Shown here in pieces: positions 37,722 to 46,415 of a stretch of DNA of 61,075 bases. The notes beneath the pieces were generated by a model that saw only the letters and a list, made by a program, of their open reading frames with translations, was not told the DNA's origin and did no database searches. The DNA is from Pseudomonadota bacterium (GTDB lineage: Bacteria; Myxococcota_A; UBA9042), in NCBI GenBank assembly GCA_041163625.1, contig JBEARB010000234.1:1-61075 (forward strand), in the 5' to 3' direction. The translations under genes and the position numbers were made by a program. Within the stretch, counting starts at the first letter, position 1. The number at the start of each line of letters is the position of its first letter.

Positions 37722-39356
37722 ATGCTGTCCCCGACCCGCGATACCGTTCGCCGCACCCGCGCCCCCCTCCCCGACGGCGACGTCGACGTCGCCATCGTCG
37801 GCGCTGGCCCGGGCGGCCTGATGGCCGGCGCCATCCTCGCCCGCGCTGGCCTGCGCGTCGCCTTGTTCGAGCAGCACTACGTCGCGGGCGGCTGCGTCAC
37901 GATGTTCGAGCGAGGCCGCAGCGAGAACCGCTACAGCTTCGATGTCGGCCTGCACTACGTCGGTGATTGCGGCGCGGGTGGCGAGCTGCCGCGTCTGCTG
38001 GGCCTCGCCGGCGTCGAGCTGAACTGGCTGCCGCTGGATCCGGACGGCTTCGACACGTTGGTCTTCCCCGACTTCGAGTTCCGCGTGCCGGTCGGTCACG
38101 AGGCCTTCCGCGACCGGCTGCTCGAGCACTTCCCGAAGGAGAAGAAGGGGATCGATCGCTACATGCGGCTGCTGCTCGAGGTCGACCGCATCTCGCGCAA
38201 GATGGACAAGAGCGGCAAGCCCGGCTTCGGGCTGCTCGCCGACGTGCTGCTGCACGGCCGCCTGCTCGCGAAATACCAAGAGTCCACGATCGGCGCGTTC
38301 CTCGACTCGTGCACCTCGGACATGCGGCTCCGTGCGGTGCTGCTCGGCCAGAGCGGCGACTACGGCCTGCCGCCCTCCAAGTGCTCGGCGATGCTGCACG
38401 CGGGTTTGGTCAACCACTACCTGCACGGCGCCTACTACCCCGAGGGTGGCGGGCAGGCGCCGTCGGACGCGCTCGCCGAGGCCATCGAAGCGGCCGGCGG
38501 CAGCATCCACTTGCGCCGCGGCATCGCGCAGATCTTGGTCGAGAACGGCCGTGCGATCGGCGTGCGCACCGAGGCGAGCTGCAAGGAGCCGAGCGTCGAG
38601 GTCCGCGCCCGCGTCGTGCTGAGCAACGCCGACCTGAAGCGCACCATCCTCGAGTTGCTGCCGCGCGAATCGCTCCCCGACGCCTGGCGCGCGCGCGCCG
38701 ACGGCTTCGAGATGGCCGGCGCCATCTTCATGACCTTCCTCGGCATCGAAGGCGACCTGGCCGACCTCGGCATGCGCAACTGCAACTATTGGTGCTTCGA
38801 CGGCTACGACATGGAGGGCTTCTACCGCGACGCGATGGTGCAAGGCCGCGTGCAGCCGCGCGGCTGCTACATCACCTCGGCGTCGATGAAGGACCGCGGC
38901 ACCGAAGGCCATGCGCCGGCCGGCCACATGGGCCTGGAGATCATGTCGCTCGTGCCCGGAAAACCGAGCGATTGGGGCGCGACGGACGACGAGGCCGTGC
39001 GCGGTCGCTACCGCCGCGGCGGCGCCTACCGCGACCAGAAGGCGCGGATCGAGGCGCAGATGATCGATCGCGCCGAAGCGCTGCTGCCGGGCGTGCGCGA
39101 GCGCCTGCGCTTCCAGGAGTCGGCGACGCCGCTCTCGCAGATGCGCTACACCCGCGCGAGCGATGGCACCGGCTACGGCCTCGCCGCCACGCCGGAGCAG
39201 TTCCTACGCCACCGGCCGGGCTATCGGGGCCCGTTCGACGGGCTGTATTTCTGTGGCGCGAGCACCCGCGCCGGTCACGGCGTGGTCGGTGCGATGAAGT
39301 CGGGCGAAGCCGCCGCCAAACGCATCCTCGCCGACCTGGAGAGCCCGCGCCGCTGA
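37722..39356 (+). CDS. Phytoene desaturase / retinol saturase-like FAD oxidoreductase
   Basis: AGGAGG RBS; IVGAGPGGL, EQHYVAGG, FDVGLHY, YPEGG, ATPL, GLYFCGA, GHGVVGA. Confidence 0.88.
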   Translation: MLSPTRDTVRRTRAPLPDGDVDVAIVGAGPGGLMAGAILARAGLRVALFEQHYVAGGCVTMFERGRSENRYSFDVGLHYVGDCGAGGELPRLLGLAGVELNWLPLDPDGFDTLVFPDFEFRVPVGHEAFRDRLLEHFPKEKKGIDRYMRLLLEVDRISRKMDKSGKPGFGLLADVLLHGRLLAKYQESTIGAFLDSCTSDMRLRAVLLGQSGDYGLPPSKCSAMLHAGLVNHYLHGAYYPEGGGQAPSDALAEAIEAAGGSIHLRRGIAQILVENGRAIGVRTEASCKEPSVEVRARVVLSNADLKRTILELLPRESLPDAWRARADGFEMAGAIFMTFLGIEGDLADLGMRNCNYWCFDGYDMEGFYRDAMVQGRVQPRGCYITSASMKDRGTEGHAPAGHMGLEIMSLVPGKPSDWGATDDEAVRGRYRRGGAYRDQKARIEAQMIDRAEALLPGVRERLRFQESATPLSQMRYTRASDGTGYGLAATPEQFLRHRPGYRGPFDGLYFCGASTRAGHGVVGAMKSGEAAAKRILADLESPRR

Positions 39357-39381
39357 GGCCCAGCGTGGGCGAACGCGGGCG

Positions 39382-41727
39382 CTACAGACCGGCGCCGCCC
39401 GGGTAGCCGTAGCTGACGTCGTCGTCGTAGCCGTAGACGAACAGGCCGACCTTCTTGTCGGCGTTCAGCGCGTGCTTGCCCGCCGCGATCGGCAGGCGCG
39501 CGACGGTCCAACTCGTGCCGGGGATCGTCGAGAAGCCCGAGCTGAGCAGCGGGCTGCCGTCGAGCTTCACGGTCGCACCCTGCGGGGCGATGATCGTGAC
39601 GTAGTTGAGCTTGTACTTGTCCGGCACGAGGAAGAGGTACTCGTCGAGGTATTGCGTGGTCGCGACGTCGAGGATCATCGACGGGTCGCCGATCGCCGCG
39701 CATTCCTTGGAGAAGCCCGCCGAGGTGCAGGTCGCCAGGACACCGTATTGCGATTTGCAGCTGGCGTCGTTGGTGCAGGGCATCGAGCCCGCCGTCACCG
39801 TCGCGTACGAGCTCGCCATGTACTGCGCGACCAAGACCGGCTTGTCCGCGTTGATCAGGAAGTCCTGTGTGGTCTCGAACTCGAAGCTCTGGCCCTGGTT
39901 CAGGGTCGGCACGTTGACGCCGATATTCGGCGTGATGGTGACATTGGTGCCGTTCTCGGCCGCGACGATGCGCCAAGCGTCCTGCTCCTTGCCGCGCGGG
40001 GAGAGGCGCGCGCCGACGTAGCTGGTGCCCCACGACTTGGTCGGGAAGAGCTGCTCCTCGAGGTGGTCGGCGCAGCACTCGGAGTCGCAATCCGCGTCCT
40101 TGGTGCACGACTTCGGCACCGAGAAGCCGCCGAGCATCGAACTGGCGCAGACCTTGGCGCTGCTGCCCTTGGTCTTGGGCACGCAGTTGCCGATCTGCGG
40201 CGAATTGCTGGCCTCCGAGCCGCCGAAAACCGCCACCGGCGCGGTCGCCTTCACCCAGGATCCCGTCAAATCGGCGTCGACGGCGTTGGACTCGACGTTG
40301 AGCACCTGTCCCTGCTCGAGCGTGAAGGTCATCTGGCCGCCGAGTGACATCTTCGCCACGCCGACGCCGGCGATGGTCGGCGCCGAGACGATGACCGTCA
40401 CGTCGGTCTTACCAGGCTGCGTCGCGATCACCGTGAAGTAGCTGCGGAACTTGTCGCCGAGCTGGTTGCGGCTGACGATCCAGTACTCATCGCCCAGCGA
40501 GCCGGTCGGCAGCAGCAGGCTGGCGTCGTTGCTGAACACGCCGTAGTTCTGCAGCGGGTTGAACTGGTAGGCCACGATCGGCTGCGTCGCCTGCACCCGG
40601 AATGCCCGGTTGTTGATGCTCGAGCCTTCCTGGTTCTGGTTCGGCACGCCCCACGACTTGTCCGGCAAATCGATGACCTGCAGGCCCTTGGCCGGCACCG
40701 TCCACTTCTTGCTCTTGGCCCCCGCAGCGGTGGAGTCCGGTCCGAGGGTGACGGTGACGGTCGCCTCGGCATCGGCGGTGTTGCTGACGATGAGCGAGAA
40801 CTGCGCATTCTGGGCGTCGTAGGAGCCATCGACGGCGTTGTCGAGGTCGACGGCCCAGTAGTCACAGCCGACGTTGGTGTTGCTCTTGAAGTCACCGGCG
40901 CAGGGGTTCACGCACAGACCGCCGAGGCAGGTCAGGCCCTTCTGGCCGCAGTCTTCGACGATCAGCCACGCCGAACCGTCCGCAGCGCAGACCTCCGAGA
41001 GGTGGTTGGTGCAGCGCTTGGCGCCGGGGGTGCAGACACCGCAGGAGCCCTGGAAGCAGGTCTGGCCCGCCGGGCAGAGCTGCACGATGTCCGCGGCGCT
41101 ACCGTCGGCGTTGCACTTCTGGACGGCCACGCTGTCCCCGCCGGCGACCTGCGGCGGCGCGCAGCTGACCTGACCGGGCGCGCAGGCCAGGCAGGTCGAG
41201 CCCTCGCAGACCGGCTTGGCGTCCGGGCACGCCGAGAGCTCGTAGCCCTTGCCGTCGGCCTTGCAGACGGCGAGGAAGTTGCCCTGGCACTCGGTGTGGC
41301 CGGGCGTGCACGACGGGTCCTTGCACTGGTAGTCCTCGCAGTGGCCGGTCGTTTTGCTGCAGTGGAAGTCGAGCAGGCATTGCACGCAGACCTGCAGCTC
41401 GAGATTGCAGTAGGGCGTGTCGTCGTAGTCTTTGCAGGCGCTCGCTTTGGCGCACGCGGGGCCGTCGGGGACGTAGACGTCCTCGGCCGCGTCCTCTCCG
41501 CTCGTGCTGTCGCCGGCAGCCGCGTCGCCGCTTGTGGCTGTGTCGCCGGCACCTGCGGTGTCCCCGGTCGGGGCCACGCCGTCGGGCGTGAAGACGTTGC
41601 CGACGTCCCCCTGCGGGACACCGAAACCGCCGCCGCCGCCGGGCGTGTTGGAGCAACCTGCCGCCGCGAGCAGGACGGCGAGGCCGAGCGAGAGCAGAAG
41701 GACACGAATCGGATTCATCGAGGACAT
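39382..41727 (-). CDS. IgGFc-binding domain lipoprotein with a Cys-rich stalk
   Basis: Lipobox AAGC; NVGCDYWAVDLDN, AYQFNP, SNDASLLLP, DHLEEQLFP, GDPSM, VSYGYPGG. Confidence 0.9.
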   Translation of the reverse strand: MSSMNPIRVLLLSLGLAVLLAAAGCSNTPGGGGGFGVPQGDVGNVFTPDGVAPTGDTAGAGDTATSGDAAAGDSTSGEDAAEDVYVPDGPACAKASACKDYDDTPYCNLELQVCVQCLLDFHCSKTTGHCEDYQCKDPSCTPGHTECQGNFLAVCKADGKGYELSACPDAKPVCEGSTCLACAPGQVSCAPPQVAGGDSVAVQKCNADGSAADIVQLCPAGQTCFQGSCGVCTPGAKRCTNHLSEVCAADGSAWLIVEDCGQKGLTCLGGLCVNPCAGDFKSNTNVGCDYWAVDLDNAVDGSYDAQNAQFSLIVSNTADAEATVTVTLGPDSTAAGAKSKKWTVPAKGLQVIDLPDKSWGVPNQNQEGSSINNRAFRVQATQPIVAYQFNPLQNYGVFSNDASLLLPTGSLGDEYWIVSRNQLGDKFRSYFTVIATQPGKTDVTVIVSAPTIAGVGVAKMSLGGQMTFTLEQGQVLNVESNAVDADLTGSWVKATAPVAVFGGSEASNSPQIGNCVPKTKGSSAKVCASSMLGGFSVPKSCTKDADCDSECCADHLEEQLFPTKSWGTSYVGARLSPRGKEQDAWRIVAAENGTNVTITPNIGVNVPTLNQGQSFEFETTQDFLINADKPVLVAQYMASSYATVTAGSMPCTNDASCKSQYGVLATCTSAGFSKECAAIGDPSMILDVATTQYLDEYLFLVPDKYKLNYVTIIAPQGATVKLDGSPLLSSGFSTIPGTSWTVARLPIAAGKHALNADKKVGLFVYGYDDDVSYGYPGGAGL

Positions 41728-41928
41728 CGGTGATCTTCCTGCTGCGGGGGATGGGTTCCGCAGAATGGCGCGAACGTTCAGAGTACCGTTCGGGTGCGCG
41801 GGCGACAAGTTCTTGATTGTGCGGCAACGTGCGCGCCCCAACCGAGCCGGGCCCCCCTGGCTTGACGCCCCGGGCGCGACGCTCGACCCTGGAGGACCTG
41901 GCCAACGGACAGCTAGGCAGCGAGGAGG

Positions 41929-44052
41929 GTGACGGTGCAGGGCAGCAGAGCGCTCGCCGCGGTGCATCCCCATCTGCACGCCGGCGCAGACGTGCGAGCG
42001 CACGGCGATCATCTCGCCTTGGTAAGCGCCGACGGCCGCCGTGCGTGCGACCTCGTGCCCGAAGAGCAGCCGCTCCTGGCGCTGATCGACGGCAACCGCG
42101 ACATCCGCACCCTCGCCCGTGAAGCGCTGGCGCTCGAGCCGCCACTGCGGCCCGCCGCCACCCTCGGGCTACTGCGACGTCTTTACGAGACAGGCTTGCT
42201 CGAGGGGGTCAACGACAACGCCGGCCGGGAGCTCGGCGCGGTGAACCGAACCCAGGGGTTCGTCGCGTGGCTGCGCGCGGCGACCGCTGTGCGCGTAGCG
42301 CTACCCGCGTGGCTCGGGGCGCCACTGCGCCCGCTGGGCTTCTCGGCCACCGCGGCGGCGCGGCTGGCCGGCGTCGGCTTGGCCGGGACGGTCCTCTTCG
42401 GCCTCGGCCTGATGCTGACGGGCGAGCTCGAACGTGCACTCGACCCGTTTGCCGGGGGCGCGCTCGAGCTGCGCGCCGCCCTGCTCTACGCCGCGACTGC
42501 GGCGCTCGCGAGTGCGCGCGGGCTGTTCCGGCTGCTCGCCCTGCACGGTCAGGGCGAGGCGGTGCGGCCCGCGATCGGCTGGACCGCAGGCGTCGTCCAC
42601 CTGGACATCGACGACCGCGCCCGCCGCTGGCTGCCGCCCGAGGCCCGCGGCGGCCTGTACCTGGCCGGCGTCGCCGGGTTGGCGCTACCGACGGCGTTCG
42701 GCCTCGCCGATCGCTTGGTCGCGACCTTCGTGCCGCACGGTCTACCGGCATGGGCGGGCGCCATCGTCGCCGTCGCGCCCTTCGTGCTGGCGCTGGACCT
42801 CGCGCCCTACGGCCGCGGAGACGGCTGGCAGCTCGCCGGCGTCTGGGCCCGGGTGCCCGACCTGCGGCGCCGCTCGGCGGCCTTCCTGCTGCGCCGCTCG
42901 ATCCGCAACCTGCTCCGCTCCGAGCCGACCTCGGCGGCCGAGCGCACCTACCTCCTGCTCGGGTCGGCGTGGCTCGCCCACGCGATGCTGGCCGGCTGGC
43001 TGCTGACCGAGCACCTGCTGCCCTCGGCCCTGCGCGCGCTGACGCGGCTGGTCCGCGACGGCTCGGGCGATCCCGTGGCCTGGGGCGTCGGGGCAGCGAT
43101 GACCGTGGGGCTGCTGGTGGTGACCGTCGCGCTCGGCTTGGCGCTGTTGATCGTCGTCGGTGGCGCGGTGGCCCAGCTCTTTGGCGGTCGCCGCGCGACG
43201 CCGCCGGCCAGCGTCCCGGTCGGTGAGGCCGCCGAAGACGTGCTCGAGGCGATGGCGGCGGTGCCCTTCTTGGCCAGCCTACCGCGCGAGGCACTCGGCT
43301 CGATCGTCGCCGGCATGCGGCGCGAGCGCTACCGGAACGGCGACGCCATCGTGCGTCAGAGAGAGCCGGGCGACCGCTTCTGCCTGCTGCAGTCGGGAGA
43401 GGCGGAGGTCCTGTTCGAGGACGAGTCGGGCGCACGCGAGCGCTTGGCCAGCCTACGCGCCGGCGATTTCTTCGGGGAAATCGCGCTGCTCGAGGAGCGG
43501 CCACGGACGGCGACGGTGCGCGCGCGCGGCGAGGTTTCGGTGCTCTCGCTCGATCGACCGAGCTTCGTATCGCTCGTCGAGCACTCCCGCTTCGCCCGCG
43601 AGGCGGTGCTCGAGCAGGTACGCAACGCCGGCTTCCTGCGCACGGTCGACGTGTTCTCGCACGCGCGCCCGGCCCTGCTCGCCACCCTGCTCGACAAGGT
43701 CGTCGCGCAGGAGCTGCCCGCCGGCACCGCGGTGGTGCGCCAGGGCGAGGTCGGCGACGCGCTCTACGTCGTGCGCGAAGGCGGCGTGCGCGTCGAGCGC
43801 CGCGAGGGCGACACCTCTCGCACGCTGGACGAGCTCGGTCCGGGCGAGGTCTTCGGCGAGATCGCGTTGCTCTCGGGCACGCCGCGCACCGCGACGGTGG
43901 TGACCACGGCGCCCAGCGTGCTGCTGCGCCTGCCGGGCGAGGCGCTCGACGCGCTGCTGCTCGACGATTTGCGTATCGCGGTCGGCCTGTGCGCCGCGAT
44001 GCGACGCCGCCGGGTGGCGCACGGGGAGGCGACGTGGACGTCACGCGCCTGA
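41929..44052 (+). CDS. Membrane protein: PqqD-like N-terminus, degenerate M50-like TM domain, two cNMP-binding domains
   Basis: LIDGNRDI...LRRLYETGLL; TM helices; LDLAPYGRGDGW; FGEIALL..RTATV twice. Confidence 0.75.
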   Translation: MTVQGSRALAAVHPHLHAGADVRAHGDHLALVSADGRRACDLVPEEQPLLALIDGNRDIRTLAREALALEPPLRPAATLGLLRRLYETGLLEGVNDNAGRELGAVNRTQGFVAWLRAATAVRVALPAWLGAPLRPLGFSATAAARLAGVGLAGTVLFGLGLMLTGELERALDPFAGGALELRAALLYAATAALASARGLFRLLALHGQGEAVRPAIGWTAGVVHLDIDDRARRWLPPEARGGLYLAGVAGLALPTAFGLADRLVATFVPHGLPAWAGAIVAVAPFVLALDLAPYGRGDGWQLAGVWARVPDLRRRSAAFLLRRSIRNLLRSEPTSAAERTYLLLGSAWLAHAMLAGWLLTEHLLPSALRALTRLVRDGSGDPVAWGVGAAMTVGLLVVTVALGLALLIVVGGAVAQLFGGRRATPPASVPVGEAAEDVLEAMAAVPFLASLPREALGSIVAGMRRERYRNGDAIVRQREPGDRFCLLQSGEAEVLFEDESGARERLASLRAGDFFGEIALLEERPRTATVRARGEVSVLSLDRPSFVSLVEHSRFAREAVLEQVRNAGFLRTVDVFSHARPALLATLLDKVVAQELPAGTAVVRQGEVGDALYVVREGGVRVERREGDTSRTLDELGPGEVFGEIALLSGTPRTATVVTTAPSVLLRLPGEALDALLLDDLRIAVGLCAAMRRRRVAHGEATWTSRA

Positions 44053-44555
44053 TGCCCGTCGCGCTCGCGCTCGGCAGCGCCGGTGTCGTCGCCAACGGCG
44101 GCGGCAAGGTCGCCACGCAAGTCGTCGACACGGTCAAGGCGGTGCTGACGCGCTCGGAGCTCAGCCAGATCGCCAAGCTGCTCGAGGCCGATTCGGCGCT
44201 CGGCAAGCGGCCGCCGCGCGACGCCGCGGGGCTGAAGGCGTGGCTCGGCGAGAATATGCGTGGTCGCTCGGGGCGCGATCCGGCCGACGACCTCTGGGGC
44301 CACCCCTACCGCATCGCACGCCAGGATCGGGAGCGCGTGGTGCTCAGCCTCGGCCCGAACGGAAAGCGCGACCGCTGCGCCGGCACCGCGGGCGAAGACG
44401 CCAAGCGGGCCCGTGAGGCGACCGAACGCGAACTGCGCGGCGAAGCGCAGCCCGAGCAGACCGGCGACGACGACCTCTGCGTGACGCTGAACCTGGTCAC
44501 GGGCAAGGCACCGAAGGGCGACCGCTCACCCTTCCGCTCGATGCACGAGCGCTAG
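44034..44555 (+). CDS. GspG/T2SSG-like pseudopilin-domain protein (orphan)
   Basis: DLWGHPY...VLSLGPNG...GDDD motif; GGGGAGG + GTG; no canonical prepilin G|FxxxE. Confidence 0.6.
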   Translation: MDVTRLMPVALALGSAGVVANGGGKVATQVVDTVKAVLTRSELSQIAKLLEADSALGKRPPRDAAGLKAWLGENMRGRSGRDPADDLWGHPYRIARQDRERVVLSLGPNGKRDRCAGTAGEDAKRAREATERELRGEAQPEQTGDDDLCVTLNLVTGKAPKGDRSPFRSMHER

Positions 44556-44723
44556 AGACGCGACCAGAAAATGCAGGTTCGCATTTTCTGGCCGACTCTC
44601 TCGTCTGTTGTCTGGGGGGCTGGGCGCCCCCTGGTCGCGAGAAGCGCGGTTCTCGCGAACCATCCCCCTCCTCGAGTCGCGCCCCAAAAATCGCCCGTGG
44701 CGATTTTTTGGGCGCGACTCTAG
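44552..44723. mobile_element. 172-bp palindromic MITE-like element, copy 2, flanked by a CTAG duplication
   Basis: CTAG at both ends, imperfect terminal inverted repeats AGACGCGACCAGAAAAT / ATTTTTTGGGCGCGACT; the flanking CTAGs contain the stop codons of both neighbouring genes. Confidence 0.85.
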
Positions 44724-46378
44724 GTCCAGCGCACCAGGCTCGGCGCCATGCCCTCGGGCGGGACGAGGCCGAGCAGCGAGACGACGGTCGCGGCGACGTT
44801 GCCCAGGCCCGCCTCGGGGAGGTCGTCCCGCAGCTGCCAGCCGCCGCGCGGGTCGACGATCGTCAGCGGCACCGGCGCCAACGTATGGCTGGTCTTGGGC
44901 AGCGGCGTCCCGTCCGCCGTGCGCTGCGGGTGGCCCTTCTTGTCGCGCATCCACATATCGTCGGCGTTGCCGTGGTCGGCCGTGAGCACGAGGACGGCGC
45001 CCATCGCGCGGCAGGCGTCGTGCAGGCGGCCGACTTCGGCGTCGACGATCTCCATCGCGGCGACGGTGGCGTCGAAGTTGCCGGTATGGCCGACCATGTC
45101 GCCGTTGGCCCAGTTCAGGCGCAGCACACGGGGCGGCTCCGGCTGCGCGAGCGCTTCGAGCACGGCGTCCGTGATGGCGGCGGCCTGCATCGCCGGCGCG
45201 CGGTCGAAGGAGATTCGGTCGCTGGGGATCTCGCGCCAGGTCTCGAGGGCCTCGTCGAGGCGGCCCGAGCGGTTGCCGTTCCAGAAATAAGTGACGTGCC
45301 CGAACTTCTGCGTCTCGCTGACCGCGAACTGCGAGATCCCCGACGCGACGAGGTACTCGCCGAGGGTGCAGTCGATGGTCGGCGGTGCGACCAGGTAGCG
45401 CGTCGGGAGCAAGGCGTCGCCGTCGTACTGCATCATGCCGGCGTAGCGGACATCGGGTCGGCGGACGCGGTCGAAGCCAGCGAAGCCGTCGCCTTCTTCG
45501 AAGGCGCGGGTCAGTTCCAGCGCACGATCCCCGCGGAAGTTCCAGAACGCGAAGCTGTCGCCGTCCTGCACGGCGCCGATCGGGCCGTCGCGGTCGGCGA
45601 CGACGAAGGCGCCGAGGGTCTGGTCGCTGTCGCCGTCGGGTGCCTGTCGGAGGGCGGCGACGGCCTGCTGCCAGCCCGGAAACGCGGGCGCGTCCCCGAG
45701 GACGTGCGCCTTCCAGCCGCGCTCGACGATGCGCCAATCGGCTTCGTAGCGGTCCATGGTGACGACCATGCGGCCACCGCCCGAGGCGATGCGGGCGTCG
45801 ATGCCGGCCGCACGCAAGGCGCCGAGGTGCGCGTCGAGGGCGTCGAGGTAGCGCTCGTAGGTGCCGTCGCCGACGTCGCGGCCGTCCGCGAGCGGGTGCA
45901 GCCGAAGCCGACGCACACCGGCGCGCGCGGCGGCGTCGCAGAGCGCGAAGACGTGGTCGATGTGCGCGTGCACGTTGCCGTCGGACAGCAGGCCGCAGAG
46001 GTGCAGCGTGCTGCCGTTCGCCACGGGGCGCTCGACCAACCAGGCAAAGGTCTCCGATCGGAAGAGGCTGCCGTCGGCGATGGCGTCCTGTACGAGCGCG
46101 GCGCCCTGCCGGACCACGCGGCCGGCCCCGAGGGCGTTGTGACCGACCTCGCTGTTGCCCATGTCGTCGCCGCCGGGCAGGCCGACGGCCGGCCCGTGCG
46201 CGAGCAGCGTGCGCGTCGGCGCCTGCGCCCAGAGCGCGTCGAGGTGCGGGGTGCGCGCGACGGCGACGGCGTCACCGGCGTCGCCGACACCGCGACCGAC
46301 GCCGTCCATCACGGCGATGACCAGGGGCGCATCGAGCGAGCGGGCGGCGGGGTCGCGGACGAGGGGATGAACGTACAT
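44720..46378 (-). CDS. gpmI: 2,3-bisphosphoglycerate-independent phosphoglycerate mutase
   Basis: MDGVG, MGNSEVGH, SDGNVH, DGRD, NFRGDR, ETQKFGHVTYFWNG, DMVGHTG, TADHGN, TSHT. Confidence 0.95.
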   Translation of the reverse strand: MYVHPLVRDPAARSLDAPLVIAVMDGVGRGVGDAGDAVAVARTPHLDALWAQAPTRTLLAHGPAVGLPGGDDMGNSEVGHNALGAGRVVRQGAALVQDAIADGSLFRSETFAWLVERPVANGSTLHLCGLLSDGNVHAHIDHVFALCDAAARAGVRRLRLHPLADGRDVGDGTYERYLDALDAHLGALRAAGIDARIASGGGRMVVTMDRYEADWRIVERGWKAHVLGDAPAFPGWQQAVAALRQAPDGDSDQTLGAFVVADRDGPIGAVQDGDSFAFWNFRGDRALELTRAFEEGDGFAGFDRVRRPDVRYAGMMQYDGDALLPTRYLVAPPTIDCTLGEYLVASGISQFAVSETQKFGHVTYFWNGNRSGRLDEALETWREIPSDRISFDRAPAMQAAAITDAVLEALAQPEPPRVLRLNWANGDMVGHTGNFDATVAAMEIVDAEVGRLHDACRAMGAVLVLTADHGNADDMWMRDKKGHPQRTADGTPLPKTSHTLAPVPLTIVDPRGGWQLRDDLPEAGLGNVAATVVSLLGLVPPEGMAPSLVRWT

Positions 46379-46415
46379 CGGGGCTCCTCGGCGGGCGGAC
46401 GCGCCGCGCGCCGGC

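Noticed and set aside
44034-44555. Type II secretion gene cluster
   Set aside because: Only one GspG-like domain without a prepilin cleavage motif; no other gsp genes
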